Source: Smithella sp. (lineage in GTDB: Bacteria; Desulfobacterota; Syntrophia; Syntrophales; Smithellaceae). From it: 60,731 bases of DNA. Positions 37,749 to 47,189 of this stretch are shown here, in pieces. Positions within the stretch are counted from its first letter, which is position 1. Every line of letters begins with the position of its first letter. Below the pieces are notes generated by a model. That model had not been told where the DNA came from, made no database searches, and saw nothing but the letters and a program-made list of their open reading frames with translations. Location of the stretch: NCBI GenBank assembly GCA_049664145.1, contig JBATES010000123.1, positions 1 through 60,731 on the forward strand, given 5' to 3'. The translations under genes and the position numbers were made by a program.

Positions 37749-39818
37749 TTATGAAGCATCTCCATTGCCTAAAAAAGTATGCTTTGCCCATGGCTGAGAT
37801 CGATCCCAGCCATTTGCAGATATTGTTTTGAGTTCACGTTTGCTTGGAAGAACAAGCCTGTCTGCACTGAATGTAGCACGCGTGCCATGCCAACCGCGCT
37901 GCTCCACTTCCTCGCGGGAATAAATGCGTTCGTTTCCATATTTTGCGATGGCATGGGCACGGCTTAAGACAATATAGTGACGCAGAATGAAATTATCCGG
38001 ATATATCTTCCTGCCTTCAAAGTTAGCGCTGTGCCCGCCGGAAGAGACGATATCGACGGTCTGGCCGGTATTTTTCCATGCTTTGATCTGCCGTAAAGGT
38101 ATTGGTTCGAAAAAATAATAATACTGCATTTTTTCAACATAATCCGTTCCTTCAAAAGACTCATCGTCTGATGTGGGCAGAAAAATAAATTCATCAAAGT
38201 TGATGGCATTGTAGCCTTCCTGATCGGCTTGCAGGATACCTTCATACAGAGATTTAAAAGGCGTGGGCGCTTCGCGGATTTCGTCGGCATCCAAATGAAT
38301 AAACCAATCAGCATCAATTTCTCTTGATAGTTGTGCTTTGTAAGATAGCAAATTCGTCCAATCATAAAAACCCGGGAAGGGTTGTGTTTCAATTCGAAAT
38401 ACAGCGTGGCCAAGATATTTATGCGCAATTTCCAAAGTGGAATCAGTCGATTCATTATCAATCACACATGTCTCAATGCCTTGTTCATACAAATGTCTCA
38501 AGCATCGATCAAGATACAACGCCTCGTTCCGAACCGTGAGCAGGGCAACGATGCGAATCTTTGATCGTGTATGAATACCCAGGTCAACTGTACCAAGAAA
38601 TGTTTTATTCTTTTCTATTACCTCGAATGACAACAGCCCCGCCTGTTTGTCAATGGGCTGAAAGACTGTCTCTGAAGCCCGGTCTTCGAGTCTGACCGTG
38701 ATGTGATAACGCCCGGCGGCCAGGTTCGCGCTGAAACGCGCAATAATCGCTCCCTTTTTCCATCCTTCACCGTCTAAAATACCATTAAGAGGGAAAAAAC
38801 TGCCTCCCACATCCATCATTCTGCGATCGTGGATGATTAAACTAATATAAGGGTTGGGCAACGACGTAAGGTGTTTAGCTTCGATACGTACTTCAATTTC
38901 TTCTCCTTTCATATAGCTGGAGAACAAGCCTTGTGAATTCGTAAAACTTGCCGATAGAATCTGGCCTTCTTCCGTGCCGAAGGCGATGCCGTTTTTTTCA
39001 CCCAGAAAAGGCTTGACCGTAATATGCTTGCCGGCGGCGGCATAACGGCGCTGCTCATCACGCATATCCATGTAATACCGTTCCGCCATTTCTTCCGGAG
39101 CGCCCCGAGCCCTCTCCCGCCCCTCCTGAAGATATAAAACTTGATGACAAAAATTCTTCATCATACTTACATCATGGGAAACAAAAAGGACGGTGGTGCC
39201 GCCGGATGTCAGAATCCGCAATCTGTCCAGACATTTAAACTGAAAGGCTGCATCGCCAACCGCCAGCGCCTCATCAATGATGAGAATATCCGGGTCCACG
39301 CAAACGGAAACCGCGAAAGCAAGCCTTACCAGCATTCCGCTCGAATATGTTTTCACAGGCTGTTCGATGAAATCGCCAATATCCGCAAACGCTGCAATAT
39401 CCTCAAAGCGGGCATTGATTTCCTCCTGGCTCAACCCCAGAATGGCGCCGTTCATAAAAACATTCTCGCGGCCGGTGAAATCAGGATTGAAACCGGAGCC
39501 CAGTTCCAGTAAGGCAGCAACGCGGCCGTGGGTTTCCACGCTCCCCGTGGTTGGCGAAATGGTGCCGCAGATCAATTGCAAAAGAGTGGATTTTCCAGAA
39601 CCATTGCGGCCAATGATGCCAACCGTCCTGCCCTTGATCACCTCGAATGAAATATCCCTGAGCGCCCAGAATTCGCGATAGTATTGTCCCGGTGTCATAC
39701 CCATAAGGCGTCGAATCCGGGGATAAATAGACTGTTTGAGCCGGTCGTTGGGCTGGTCGTAGATCTGATAGCATTTGCTGAGATTGTTAACCCGTATGGC
39801 AATATTTTCAGAGGACAT
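37749..39818 (-). CDS. wzt: O-antigen ABC exporter ATPase Wzt with a C-terminal carbohydrate-binding-type domain and an additional GT2-like domain
   Basis: Walker A GRNGSGKST, signature YSSGMLVRL, Walker B ILIIDEAL, H-loop SHD. aa about 295-420 form a beta-rich Wzt_C-like module. aa 437-706 have LTVRNEALYL, VIDNESTDST, HLDADE (GT-A). The ATG at 39818 overlaps the wzm stop. Confidence 0.8.
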   Translation of the reverse strand: MSSENIAIRVNNLSKCYQIYDQPNDRLKQSIYPRIRRLMGMTPGQYYREFWALRDISFEVIKGRTVGIIGRNGSGKSTLLQLICGTISPTTGSVETHGRVAALLELGSGFNPDFTGRENVFMNGAILGLSQEEINARFEDIAAFADIGDFIEQPVKTYSSGMLVRLAFAVSVCVDPDILIIDEALAVGDAAFQFKCLDRLRILTSGGTTVLFVSHDVSMMKNFCHQVLYLQEGRERARGAPEEMAERYYMDMRDEQRRYAAAGKHITVKPFLGEKNGIAFGTEEGQILSASFTNSQGLFSSYMKGEEIEVRIEAKHLTSLPNPYISLIIHDRRMMDVGGSFFPLNGILDGEGWKKGAIIARFSANLAAGRYHITVRLEDRASETVFQPIDKQAGLLSFEVIEKNKTFLGTVDLGIHTRSKIRIVALLTVRNEALYLDRCLRHLYEQGIETCVIDNESTDSTLEIAHKYLGHAVFRIETQPFPGFYDWTNLLSYKAQLSREIDADWFIHLDADEIREAPTPFKSLYEGILQADQEGYNAINFDEFIFLPTSDDESFEGTDYVEKMQYYYFFEPIPLRQIKAWKNTGQTVDIVSSGGHSANFEGRKIYPDNFILRHYIVLSRAHAIAKYGNERIYSREEVEQRGWHGTRATFSADRLVLPSKRELKTISANGWDRSQPWAKHTFLGNGDAS

Positions 39819-40659
39819 CGGCAAATCCCTTTCGTGTCTTTTGAAACCAGGCAAATCCGGCCCAGGCAATGATCAGCCCAACCACCATCATAATGCACCA
39901 GGTAACCGGATCAGGCAGTTTCCCGAGGATCAATACGTTTCTCCCCTCTTCGATAATCACGGCCAGGGGATTGAGTCTCATCCATATTCGGTAGGTCTCC
40001 GGTAGAGAGCTAATCGGAAAAAACACACCGGATATAAATAAAAGCACGGTCGTTATGATGCCGGTTATTTGACCGATATCGCGCATAAATACGCCCAGTG
40101 ACGACAGAAACCACGCGAATCCGATTGTTGCAAATACAAGCGGAAGCATAACGACGGGAAAAAGCAGCGCCGTAAAAGGGATATGCCCCATAAAGATTAG
40201 TTGGGCGACGATCAGGACGACCAGGCTTATGACCGCGTGAAAAAGCGCGGACCCGAATGCGATCCACGGCAGTATATCCAACGGGAAGACCACCTTTTTA
40301 ACGTAGTTGACGTTGGAAAGAATAAGTCCCGGCGCGCGATTAACACATTCAGCAAATAATCCATGAATAATCATGCCGACAAAAAGCATCATAGCGAAAT
40401 CCATTTTACCTTCCTGCACGTTAATGCCCCAGCGTGTCTTGAAGACAACTGAAAAAACAAAGGTATAAATAACCAGCATCAGCAGGGGATTGAAAAACGA
40501 CCACGCCATTCCCATCAATGAGCCCTTGTAGCGGCCTACCACTTCGCGCTTGGCCATCTGCACAATGAGCTGGCGGTTATGCCACAGGTTTCTGACCAGC
40601 GCCGCGGGCGATGTGGGATGGGCGGCATGGGGATTGACTTCTATGAGGGAATTAGTCAT
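39808..40659 (-). CDS. wzm: O-antigen ABC exporter permease (ABC-2 type, Wzm)
   Basis: Six TM segments. REVVGRYKGSLMGMAWSFFNPLL N-terminal ABC-2 motif. Paired with wzt. Confidence 0.85.
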   Translation of the reverse strand: MTNSLIEVNPHAAHPTSPAALVRNLWHNRQLIVQMAKREVVGRYKGSLMGMAWSFFNPLLMLVIYTFVFSVVFKTRWGINVQEGKMDFAMMLFVGMIIHGLFAECVNRAPGLILSNVNYVKKVVFPLDILPWIAFGSALFHAVISLVVLIVAQLIFMGHIPFTALLFPVVMLPLVFATIGFAWFLSSLGVFMRDIGQITGIITTVLLFISGVFFPISSLPETYRIWMRLNPLAVIIEEGRNVLILGKLPDPVTWCIMMVVGLIIAWAGFAWFQKTRKGFADVL

Positions 40660-40770
40660 GTGAAGTACTCTGCTTATTCCAATCGTTTGGCTGATTGATC
40701 TTTTACATGCATAAGTGTTTGTCTAATTGCTTGATTCCTCTGAGCCGGCGAAGGACAAAGCGGTATCTGA

Positions 40771-42675
40771 TCATCGTCTGATAATCTCTTTCTCTTTGAG
40801 CATATTCAGAATACAGGCAACGCTGTCTTCCACGCTTTGCAAATCCGTATGCAGCAGAATTTCCGGATGATCGGGGGCTTCATACGGCGACGATACACCG
40901 GTAAAATTTTTAATTTCTCCACGCATGGCCTTCTGATACAGCCCATTGGGATCACGCCGCTTGCACACATCCAGATCGCAGGAGACGTGAATTTCAAAAA
41001 AATGCCCTTCCGGAATTAAGGAACGGGCGATGGCTCTGTCTTTAGCAAACGGAGAAATAAATGTGCAAATGACCAGGTGACCGGATTCAAAAAACAGTCT
41101 CGCCACCTGAGCCGCTCTCCTTATATTTTCCTGCCGGTCTTTTTCGGAAAAGCCGAGGTCAGCGCACAAACCGTGGCGCAGCTGGTCACCATCCAGAAGT
41201 ATGGTCTGGTGGCCAAGATCAAAAAGTTTCTTTTCCAGCGCCATGGCGACGGTTGATTTTCCCGCTCCGGATAATCCGGTCAGCCATATAACCGCAGCCT
41301 GATGATTGCTGCGAGCTTCTCGGGTCTGACGATCAATGTTCCAATCCCGCCAAACCGTGTCCGGGGATTTGTTCTGATTGGACATGGCCGTTTCATCTTT
41401 TGGAATAATATCTTCAATCGTTCGGGATAATCCCCGGATCATCCCCGCCGCCACCGTATGATGGGTCAGGGGATCAATCAGGATAAAACACCCCGTACTG
41501 CGGTTCATTTTATAAGGGTCGGAAAAGATCGGCGATGTCGCTTGAAGCTCGACCCGACCGATGTCGTTCAGATTGAGGATATCCGCCTGATGACGATGAA
41601 GGTTATTGACATCCACTTTATAAATAATTCTGGAAACAAACGCTTTAACCGTCCGCGTGGTATGCAGTAAAAGATACGTTTTGTTGAGGGACATGGGCAC
41701 ATCATCCATCCAGCAGATCATGCCTTCAAAATTCGACCCGACATAAGGAAGATTATTCTTCCTGACGATCATATCACCCCGGCTGACATCAATCTCGTCT
41801 TCAAGGGTCAGGACGACGGACTGCGGTACGAAAGCTTCCGTGAGTTCTCCCTCATAGGTGACGATCGATCGGACGCGTGTCGTTTTGCCCGAAGGAAGAA
41901 TGACTATTTCCTCTCCCGGACTCAGTGTGCCGGAAACAATCCTGCCGGCAAAGCCCCTGAAATCCTGATGCGGCCGGATGACATACTGAACCGGAAAACG
42001 AAAGTCCACCAGATTCCTGTCGGCGGAAACGTGCACCGTCTCCAGATAATGGAGCAATGAAGCGCCCTCGTACCAGGGCATGTTCGCGCTTTTTTCCACC
42101 ACGTTGTCACCCTTGAGAGCGGAAACCGGGATGAAGACAAGATCATGGATATCCAGTTTTTCGGAAAATTCGGTATATTGCTCAACGATCATGTTATAAA
42201 CGTCTTCAGAATAATCCACCAGGTCCATCTTGTTGATGGCGACCACCAAATGAGGAATCCGCAAGAGGGATACAAGAAATCCATGGCGTTTGGATTGTGT
42301 AAGCACCCCGTTGCGGGCGTCAATCAGAATGATGGCGCAGTCGGCGGTCGATGCTCCGGTGATCATATTCCGGGTATATTGCTCGTGGCCGGGACTATCC
42401 GTGATAATAAACTTTCTGTTGGCTGTCTCGAAATAACGATGTGCAACATCAATGGTAATGCCCTGTTCCCGTTCCGCGGATAAGCCGTCCAAAAGGAGCG
42501 CCAGATCGACTTCCGCCATTCCCCGCTTGCGGGAGGTTTTTTCTATAGCGGCATACTGATCTTCAAAAATGGTCTTTGTTTCATATAGCAACCGTCCGAT
42601 CAACGTCGATTTGCCGTCGTCCACGCTGCCCGTCGTTGAAAACCGCAGCAGGGTATGTTCTTTACTGGTTGTCAA
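40771..42675 (-). CDS. cysNC: bifunctional sulfate adenylyltransferase subunit 1 / adenylyl-sulfate kinase (CysN-CysC fusion, NodQ-like)
   Basis: GTPase motifs GSVDDGKSTLIGRLL, DSPGHEQY, NKMD. C-terminal APS kinase P-loop LTGLSGAGKSTVA. Confidence 0.93.
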   Translation of the reverse strand: MTTSKEHTLLRFSTTGSVDDGKSTLIGRLLYETKTIFEDQYAAIEKTSRKRGMAEVDLALLLDGLSAEREQGITIDVAHRYFETANRKFIITDSPGHEQYTRNMITGASTADCAIILIDARNGVLTQSKRHGFLVSLLRIPHLVVAINKMDLVDYSEDVYNMIVEQYTEFSEKLDIHDLVFIPVSALKGDNVVEKSANMPWYEGASLLHYLETVHVSADRNLVDFRFPVQYVIRPHQDFRGFAGRIVSGTLSPGEEIVILPSGKTTRVRSIVTYEGELTEAFVPQSVVLTLEDEIDVSRGDMIVRKNNLPYVGSNFEGMICWMDDVPMSLNKTYLLLHTTRTVKAFVSRIIYKVDVNNLHRHQADILNLNDIGRVELQATSPIFSDPYKMNRSTGCFILIDPLTHHTVAAGMIRGLSRTIEDIIPKDETAMSNQNKSPDTVWRDWNIDRQTREARSNHQAAVIWLTGLSGAGKSTVAMALEKKLFDLGHQTILLDGDQLRHGLCADLGFSEKDRQENIRRAAQVARLFFESGHLVICTFISPFAKDRAIARSLIPEGHFFEIHVSCDLDVCKRRDPNGLYQKAMRGEIKNFTGVSSPYEAPDHPEILLHTDLQSVEDSVACILNMLKEKEIIRR

Positions 42676-43598
42676 AAGTATCCCTCTTTTTTCTTCTTCT
42701 CCATGGAAGCATCACTGGTCAAATCAATAACACGGTTTTCCCGTTCCGATTTTTTGGCCACGATCACTTCGGTTATGATTTCGTCAATACTGACCGCCGT
42801 TGACGCAATCGCGCCGGTGCAGGGAATGCATCCCAGACTCCGGAAGCGGCATCGCACGGTCTCAACGATTTCCTTTTCCGTCGGGCCGTCCTTCTCCGCG
42901 GCAACCACAGATGCCGACGACAGCGGAATCAAAATGCCGTTGCGCCGGACAACCTTCCGTTCCATGGCAAAGTAGATTGGCACCACCGGAATATTTTCCA
43001 TTTTAATATACTGCCAGATATCCTTTTCCGTCCAGTTGCTGAGCGGGAAAACCCTTACGGTCTCCCCTTCATTAATATGTGTATTATAAAGATCCCAGAC
43101 TTCCGGCCGCTGATTCTTGGGGTCCCACTGACCAAAGGCATCCCGCAGAGAAAAGACGCGCTCCTTGGCCCGTGACTTCTCCTCTTCCCTTCTGGCCCCG
43201 CCGATGGCCGCGTCAAAACCGTGTTTTTTGATGGCGGTGAGCAATGCCCCGGTTTTGAGATGACTGCAACATTTATCAACACCGGTCTTCAGGGGGTGAC
43301 ATCCCCTGGCAATCCACTCTTCGTTGCGTTCCACAATAAGCCGGACATCCAGCTTTTTGCAGAAAGCGTCCCTGAAGGCATACATTTCCGGAAACTTGAA
43401 GCCGGTATCCACATGCATCAGAGGGAAAGGAATCGGGCCTGGATAAAACGCCTTCAGTGCCAGGCGCACCAGTACGCTGGAATCCTTACCCACGGAATAG
43501 AGCAAAACGGGGTTCTTAAATTCCGCCGCTACCTCCCGCAGAACATGAATGGATTCAGATTCGAGCTGTTTCAGATACGGCATGCTGTATGAGGACAT
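42672..43598 (-). CDS. cysD: sulfate adenylyltransferase subunit 2
   Basis: PP-loop LLYSVGKDSSVL, CysD-type C-terminus (RFRSLGCIPCTG). 4-nt overlap with cysNC. Confidence 0.93.
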   Translation of the reverse strand: MSSYSMPYLKQLESESIHVLREVAAEFKNPVLLYSVGKDSSVLVRLALKAFYPGPIPFPLMHVDTGFKFPEMYAFRDAFCKKLDVRLIVERNEEWIARGCHPLKTGVDKCCSHLKTGALLTAIKKHGFDAAIGGARREEEKSRAKERVFSLRDAFGQWDPKNQRPEVWDLYNTHINEGETVRVFPLSNWTEKDIWQYIKMENIPVVPIYFAMERKVVRRNGILIPLSSASVVAAEKDGPTEKEIVETVRCRFRSLGCIPCTGAIASTAVSIDEIITEVIVAKKSERENRVIDLTSDASMEKKKKEGYF

Positions 43599-44395
43599 CA
43601 GCTGATTTCTCCTGACAAATAGGCCCGCGTCCGTTCATCTTTCGGAGCATTGAATAGTTCTTCGGCGGGGCCGTATTCCACCACTTCGCCCATGTACATA
43701 AAGACCACATAATCGGCCAGACGCCTTGCCTGACGAAGGATGTGGGTCACAACCACCAGAGTGTAGTCTTGTTTTAAAATCTTAAAACGGGATTCGACAA
43801 TCTTGGAGGAAACGGGATCCAGTGCCGACGTGGGTTCGTCGGCAAGAATAACCTCCGGTTCCACAGCCAGCGTTCTGGCCAAGGCCAGGCGCTGCAGCTG
43901 TCCGATGGAAAGTTTCGCCGCGGGGCTATGCAAGCGGTCTTTCACCTCGTCCCAGAGACCGGCCAGCTGCAAATAGTGTTCAACACAATGATCCATGGCG
44001 GAACGTGCATTTTGGGAAGCTACCTTGGCTGCCTTTTTCGGAATCCCCTCCCCGTTCAATCCGTGAATCTTCGGTCCGAACGCAACATTATTGTAAATTG
44101 ACATGGGAAGCGGATAAGGCCGCTGGGAAAGAAATCCGACCTTTTTCCGCAAAGCCAGAAGGTCGGCATCCTGATCATAAATATTGATCCCATCAATGAC
44201 AACCGATCCGGTCAGTGATACTTCATCGTAAAGATCCAGAAGCCGGTTCATGCTTTTAAGCAACGTTGTTTTACCACAGCCGGATGGACCGATAATCGCG
44301 ACAATCTGACGGTCGGGGATATCCAGGGTAACCTGTTTGAGTACCTCGAAATCTCCGTAGTGAACTGATAGATCATGTATTTGTATATGGGACAT
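43598..44395 (-). CDS. pstB: PstB-family ABC transporter ATPase (atypical signature motif)
   Basis: PstB-like N-terminus with GPSGCGKTTLLKSMNRL, LWDEVKDRLH. Signature LSIGQLQR instead of LSGGQQQR. Walker B ILADEP. The stop shares 1 nt with the cysD ATG. Confidence 0.8.
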   Translation of the reverse strand: MSHIQIHDLSVHYGDFEVLKQVTLDIPDRQIVAIIGPSGCGKTTLLKSMNRLLDLYDEVSLTGSVVIDGINIYDQDADLLALRKKVGFLSQRPYPLPMSIYNNVAFGPKIHGLNGEGIPKKAAKVASQNARSAMDHCVEHYLQLAGLWDEVKDRLHSPAAKLSIGQLQRLALARTLAVEPEVILADEPTSALDPVSSKIVESRFKILKQDYTLVVVTHILRQARRLADYVVFMYMGEVVEYGPAEELFNAPKDERTRAYLSGEIS

Positions 44396-44407
44396 CGTTT
44401 TTATTCC

Positions 44408-45253
44408 TTAACGGATTACATTTCTTGAGAAACGTTCCCCCAGTATTCTTGCCGCAATATTGACCACAAGCACAATCAAAAGCAGAACCAGAGCGGCGGC
44501 ATAAGCCCGTTCCTGCACTTCCGGAATGGGCGTCCCGATCTGAAAAAAAATGGCCAGAGGCAAAGATGCAACAGGATCCATCAATGACCGCGGCATATGA
44601 TCGGTATATCCGGCCGTAAAAAGAATGGAGGCCGCATCCCCGATCGCCCGGCCGAAAGCGAGAATAACTGCCGTAACAATACCGGGAATAACCTGCCTGA
44701 AAACGATCCATGTTGTTTCCAGCCGTGTTGTGCCCAGAGAGACGGCAATCTCTCTTAATTCCGCGGGAACCATGCGCAGGATCTCTTCCATCAACCGGAC
44801 CATAATGGGCATCGTCAGAAGTGTCAACACAAAGATGCCCCCCAAAAGAGATGCGCGAATGCCGAAATAAACCATCACCACAAAGCCGACGGCGCCATAA
44901 ACAATGGAAGGGGTCCCCCACAGCACTTCCAGGACAACCCGGCTAATACGGGCAAGGCGGGAACTGGCATATTCCTTCTGCAGCGCAAAAGCGACCGGGA
45001 GACTGAAAAACAACGCGCAAAGGGATGCGCCAAAAGCAAGATACAGGGAGCCGGCAATGGCATTGGCAATACCTCCTTCACCTCCCAGATAATATCCGCC
45101 TTTCGGGATATCGATGAGCATGGAGAGACTCAGTGCGGAAGCGCCCCTGACCAATATAACAAGAATCACACCGGCAAGCATGCCGAGCAGTAAAATCAGG
45201 GATAACTGCATTAATCGCTTAAAAAAAATCTCCTGCTGCTTGCGGTTCAGCAT
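44408..45253 (-). CDS. pstA: PstA-like ABC permease
   Basis: Six TM segments. EAA loop ELREIAVSLGTTRLETTWIVFRQV. Position pstS-pstC-pstA-pstB. Confidence 0.8.
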   Translation of the reverse strand: MLNRKQQEIFFKRLMQLSLILLLGMLAGVILVILVRGASALSLSMLIDIPKGGYYLGGEGGIANAIAGSLYLAFGASLCALFFSLPVAFALQKEYASSRLARISRVVLEVLWGTPSIVYGAVGFVVMVYFGIRASLLGGIFVLTLLTMPIMVRLMEEILRMVPAELREIAVSLGTTRLETTWIVFRQVIPGIVTAVILAFGRAIGDAASILFTAGYTDHMPRSLMDPVASLPLAIFFQIGTPIPEVQERAYAAALVLLLIVLVVNIAARILGERFSRNVIR

Positions 45254-46144
45254 TTAAAAAGAATACCTCCTGTGCATCCGGGAAAGAACCGCATGGGCGG
45301 CAATACTGAAACCCGCAACAATCACCATCAGGATCAGAGCGGCAAACAGCAGGGCCGAATCATATTTCGGTATCGACATCATCTCTCCGTAGTTGTTGGC
45401 AATCAGCGCCGGCAAGGGATAGACTGGGTCCAGGAGATGGCCGGGGATTTTAGCAACGTTGCCCGCGACCATCATGACGGCCATGGTTTCCCCAACGGCC
45501 CTGGCCAGACCGAGCACGATGGCGGCGATAATGCCAGGCCGTGATATTTTTAACAGCACATACCAAATAACTTCCCATCTTGTAGCGCCCAGAGAAATGG
45601 CGCTCTCCCTGACCTCCCGCGGAACATTGATCAGCACTTCAACCGTTAAAGAAATGATAAAAGGGCTGATCATTAATGCCAGGATAATCCCTGCTGCCAG
45701 GAGGCTATATCCGGTGCTGGGTCTGCCGGTCAATTCGCCAAGCAACCGCACCGCCGGGACCACCGTCAACACACCGAAGAGACCGAATATCACGGAAGGA
45801 ATACCTGCCAGAATATCAATCGACAAACGAATCCATTTGCGCAGGCGATGATTCATGTACTCTGTTATATACACGGAGCTCATCAAACAGACGGGCAACG
45901 CAAAAATCATGGCCAGCGCCGTGACAGCCAGCGACCCCGCGATAAAAGGGAGAAAGCCGAATTGGCCTTGTTGAGGGGACCAGACCGAGGTGAACAGGAG
46001 TTCTCCCAAAGAAATCGAGGATAGAATCGGTGCGGCTTTGACCGCAATAATCCCCAGAATCAGAAAGGCAATCCCGTATAGCAGCAAATGGGAAAAACGG
46101 ATCAGCGCACCGGCAACAGCGCTTTTGGCTTTTCGGTAAAACAT
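45254..46144 (-). CDS. pstC: PstC-like ABC permease
   Basis: Six TM segments. EAA loop EVRESAISLGATRWEVIWYVLL. Confidence 0.8.
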   Translation of the reverse strand: MFYRKAKSAVAGALIRFSHLLLYGIAFLILGIIAVKAAPILSSISLGELLFTSVWSPQQGQFGFLPFIAGSLAVTALAMIFALPVCLMSSVYITEYMNHRLRKWIRLSIDILAGIPSVIFGLFGVLTVVPAVRLLGELTGRPSTGYSLLAAGIILALMISPFIISLTVEVLINVPREVRESAISLGATRWEVIWYVLLKISRPGIIAAIVLGLARAVGETMAVMMVAGNVAKIPGHLLDPVYPLPALIANNYGEMMSIPKYDSALLFAALILMVIVAGFSIAAHAVLSRMHRRYSF

Positions 46145-46149
46145 CTTCT

Positions 46150-47121
46150 TTAGTTTTTCACCTTCCCGACGGCTTCCTGAATTTGCGAATCGGGAAGCCT
46201 GATATATCCCACCTCATCCACGAATTTTTGCCCATCCGTCAAGATCCAGAGGACGAATTCACGCACAGCTCCCGAAAATTGTCCTTTAACAACAATATAC
46301 AAATCACGCGCCGGGGGCGAAGGGTAAAGGCCTTTACGCACGGCGTCCATCGCTTTTTCTTTGGTGCTTAAATCTTCTTCCGGATCAACGTGTCCGTTTT
46401 CATTAATATCCACGGGGATGACCCGGATGCCTTCCTGTGGGATACCGGTTTTCATATCATAAGCATAATTGAGATTGTTATATCCAATGCCCCGTGTGTT
46501 TTTTTTCACTGCCTCCGTGATACCGGGATCGCCATAAACACCGACGCCCTTGAGATTCTCCTGGTGCTTGCCCAGATAAGCCGCCCAGGTTTCTGACGCC
46601 CCGCAGGAATCAGAACGTGTGAAAAGATGAACAGCATCATTATTCTTGCCGCCGGTTAACTGCCCCCACGTCAAGGATTGACCATCGATCCACAACGCCA
46701 CGAACTGCTTTTTCGTAAGCCCCTTGGCTGCAACTTCCCGCATGACGGGATTGTTTGCATTCATAACGGGAAAAACCGCGTCTTTGACGACCGGAATGTA
46801 TTTTGCCCCACGCTGTATTTCCTCCGGCTTAATATTTCGGGAAACCATCCCGATATCTACCAGACCGGTAAGTGCTTCAGCAATTCCTTTACCGGCACCG
46901 CCCGCAGCAACATCAATCTGACAACCGGGGTGCGTCTTTTTGTATTCGTCAGCCCACCGAATCATCATGGGGTAGAGCGCCCAGGCTCCAGAAATACGGA
47001 TCGTACCCTGAGAGCCGTTGCGGGGCACATCTTTCCCGCCTTCCGAATTACATGCGCAGAGGGTAGCGGCCATGACCACAACAATCATTAGCCTTACAAC
47101 TTTATTTTTTAAATAATGCAT
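46150..47121 (-). CDS. pstS: PstS-family (PBP2) periplasmic oxyanion-binding lipoprotein
   Basis: Lipobox TLCAC. GAWALYPMM, AAGGAGKGIAEALTGLVDIGMVSR, TRSDSCGASETW segments of the PstS/PhoT fold. Confidence 0.75.
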   Translation of the reverse strand: MHYLKNKVVRLMIVVVMAATLCACNSEGGKDVPRNGSQGTIRISGAWALYPMMIRWADEYKKTHPGCQIDVAAGGAGKGIAEALTGLVDIGMVSRNIKPEEIQRGAKYIPVVKDAVFPVMNANNPVMREVAAKGLTKKQFVALWIDGQSLTWGQLTGGKNNDAVHLFTRSDSCGASETWAAYLGKHQENLKGVGVYGDPGITEAVKKNTRGIGYNNLNYAYDMKTGIPQEGIRVIPVDINENGHVDPEEDLSTKEKAMDAVRKGLYPSPPARDLYIVVKGQFSGAVREFVLWILTDGQKFVDEVGYIRLPDSQIQEAVGKVKN

Positions 47122-47189
47122 TTGCTTCTCCTTTTCAATAGGGAATGATCATTAACATAATCGTAGCCGTTATCCTTTTGCGTGGCAAC

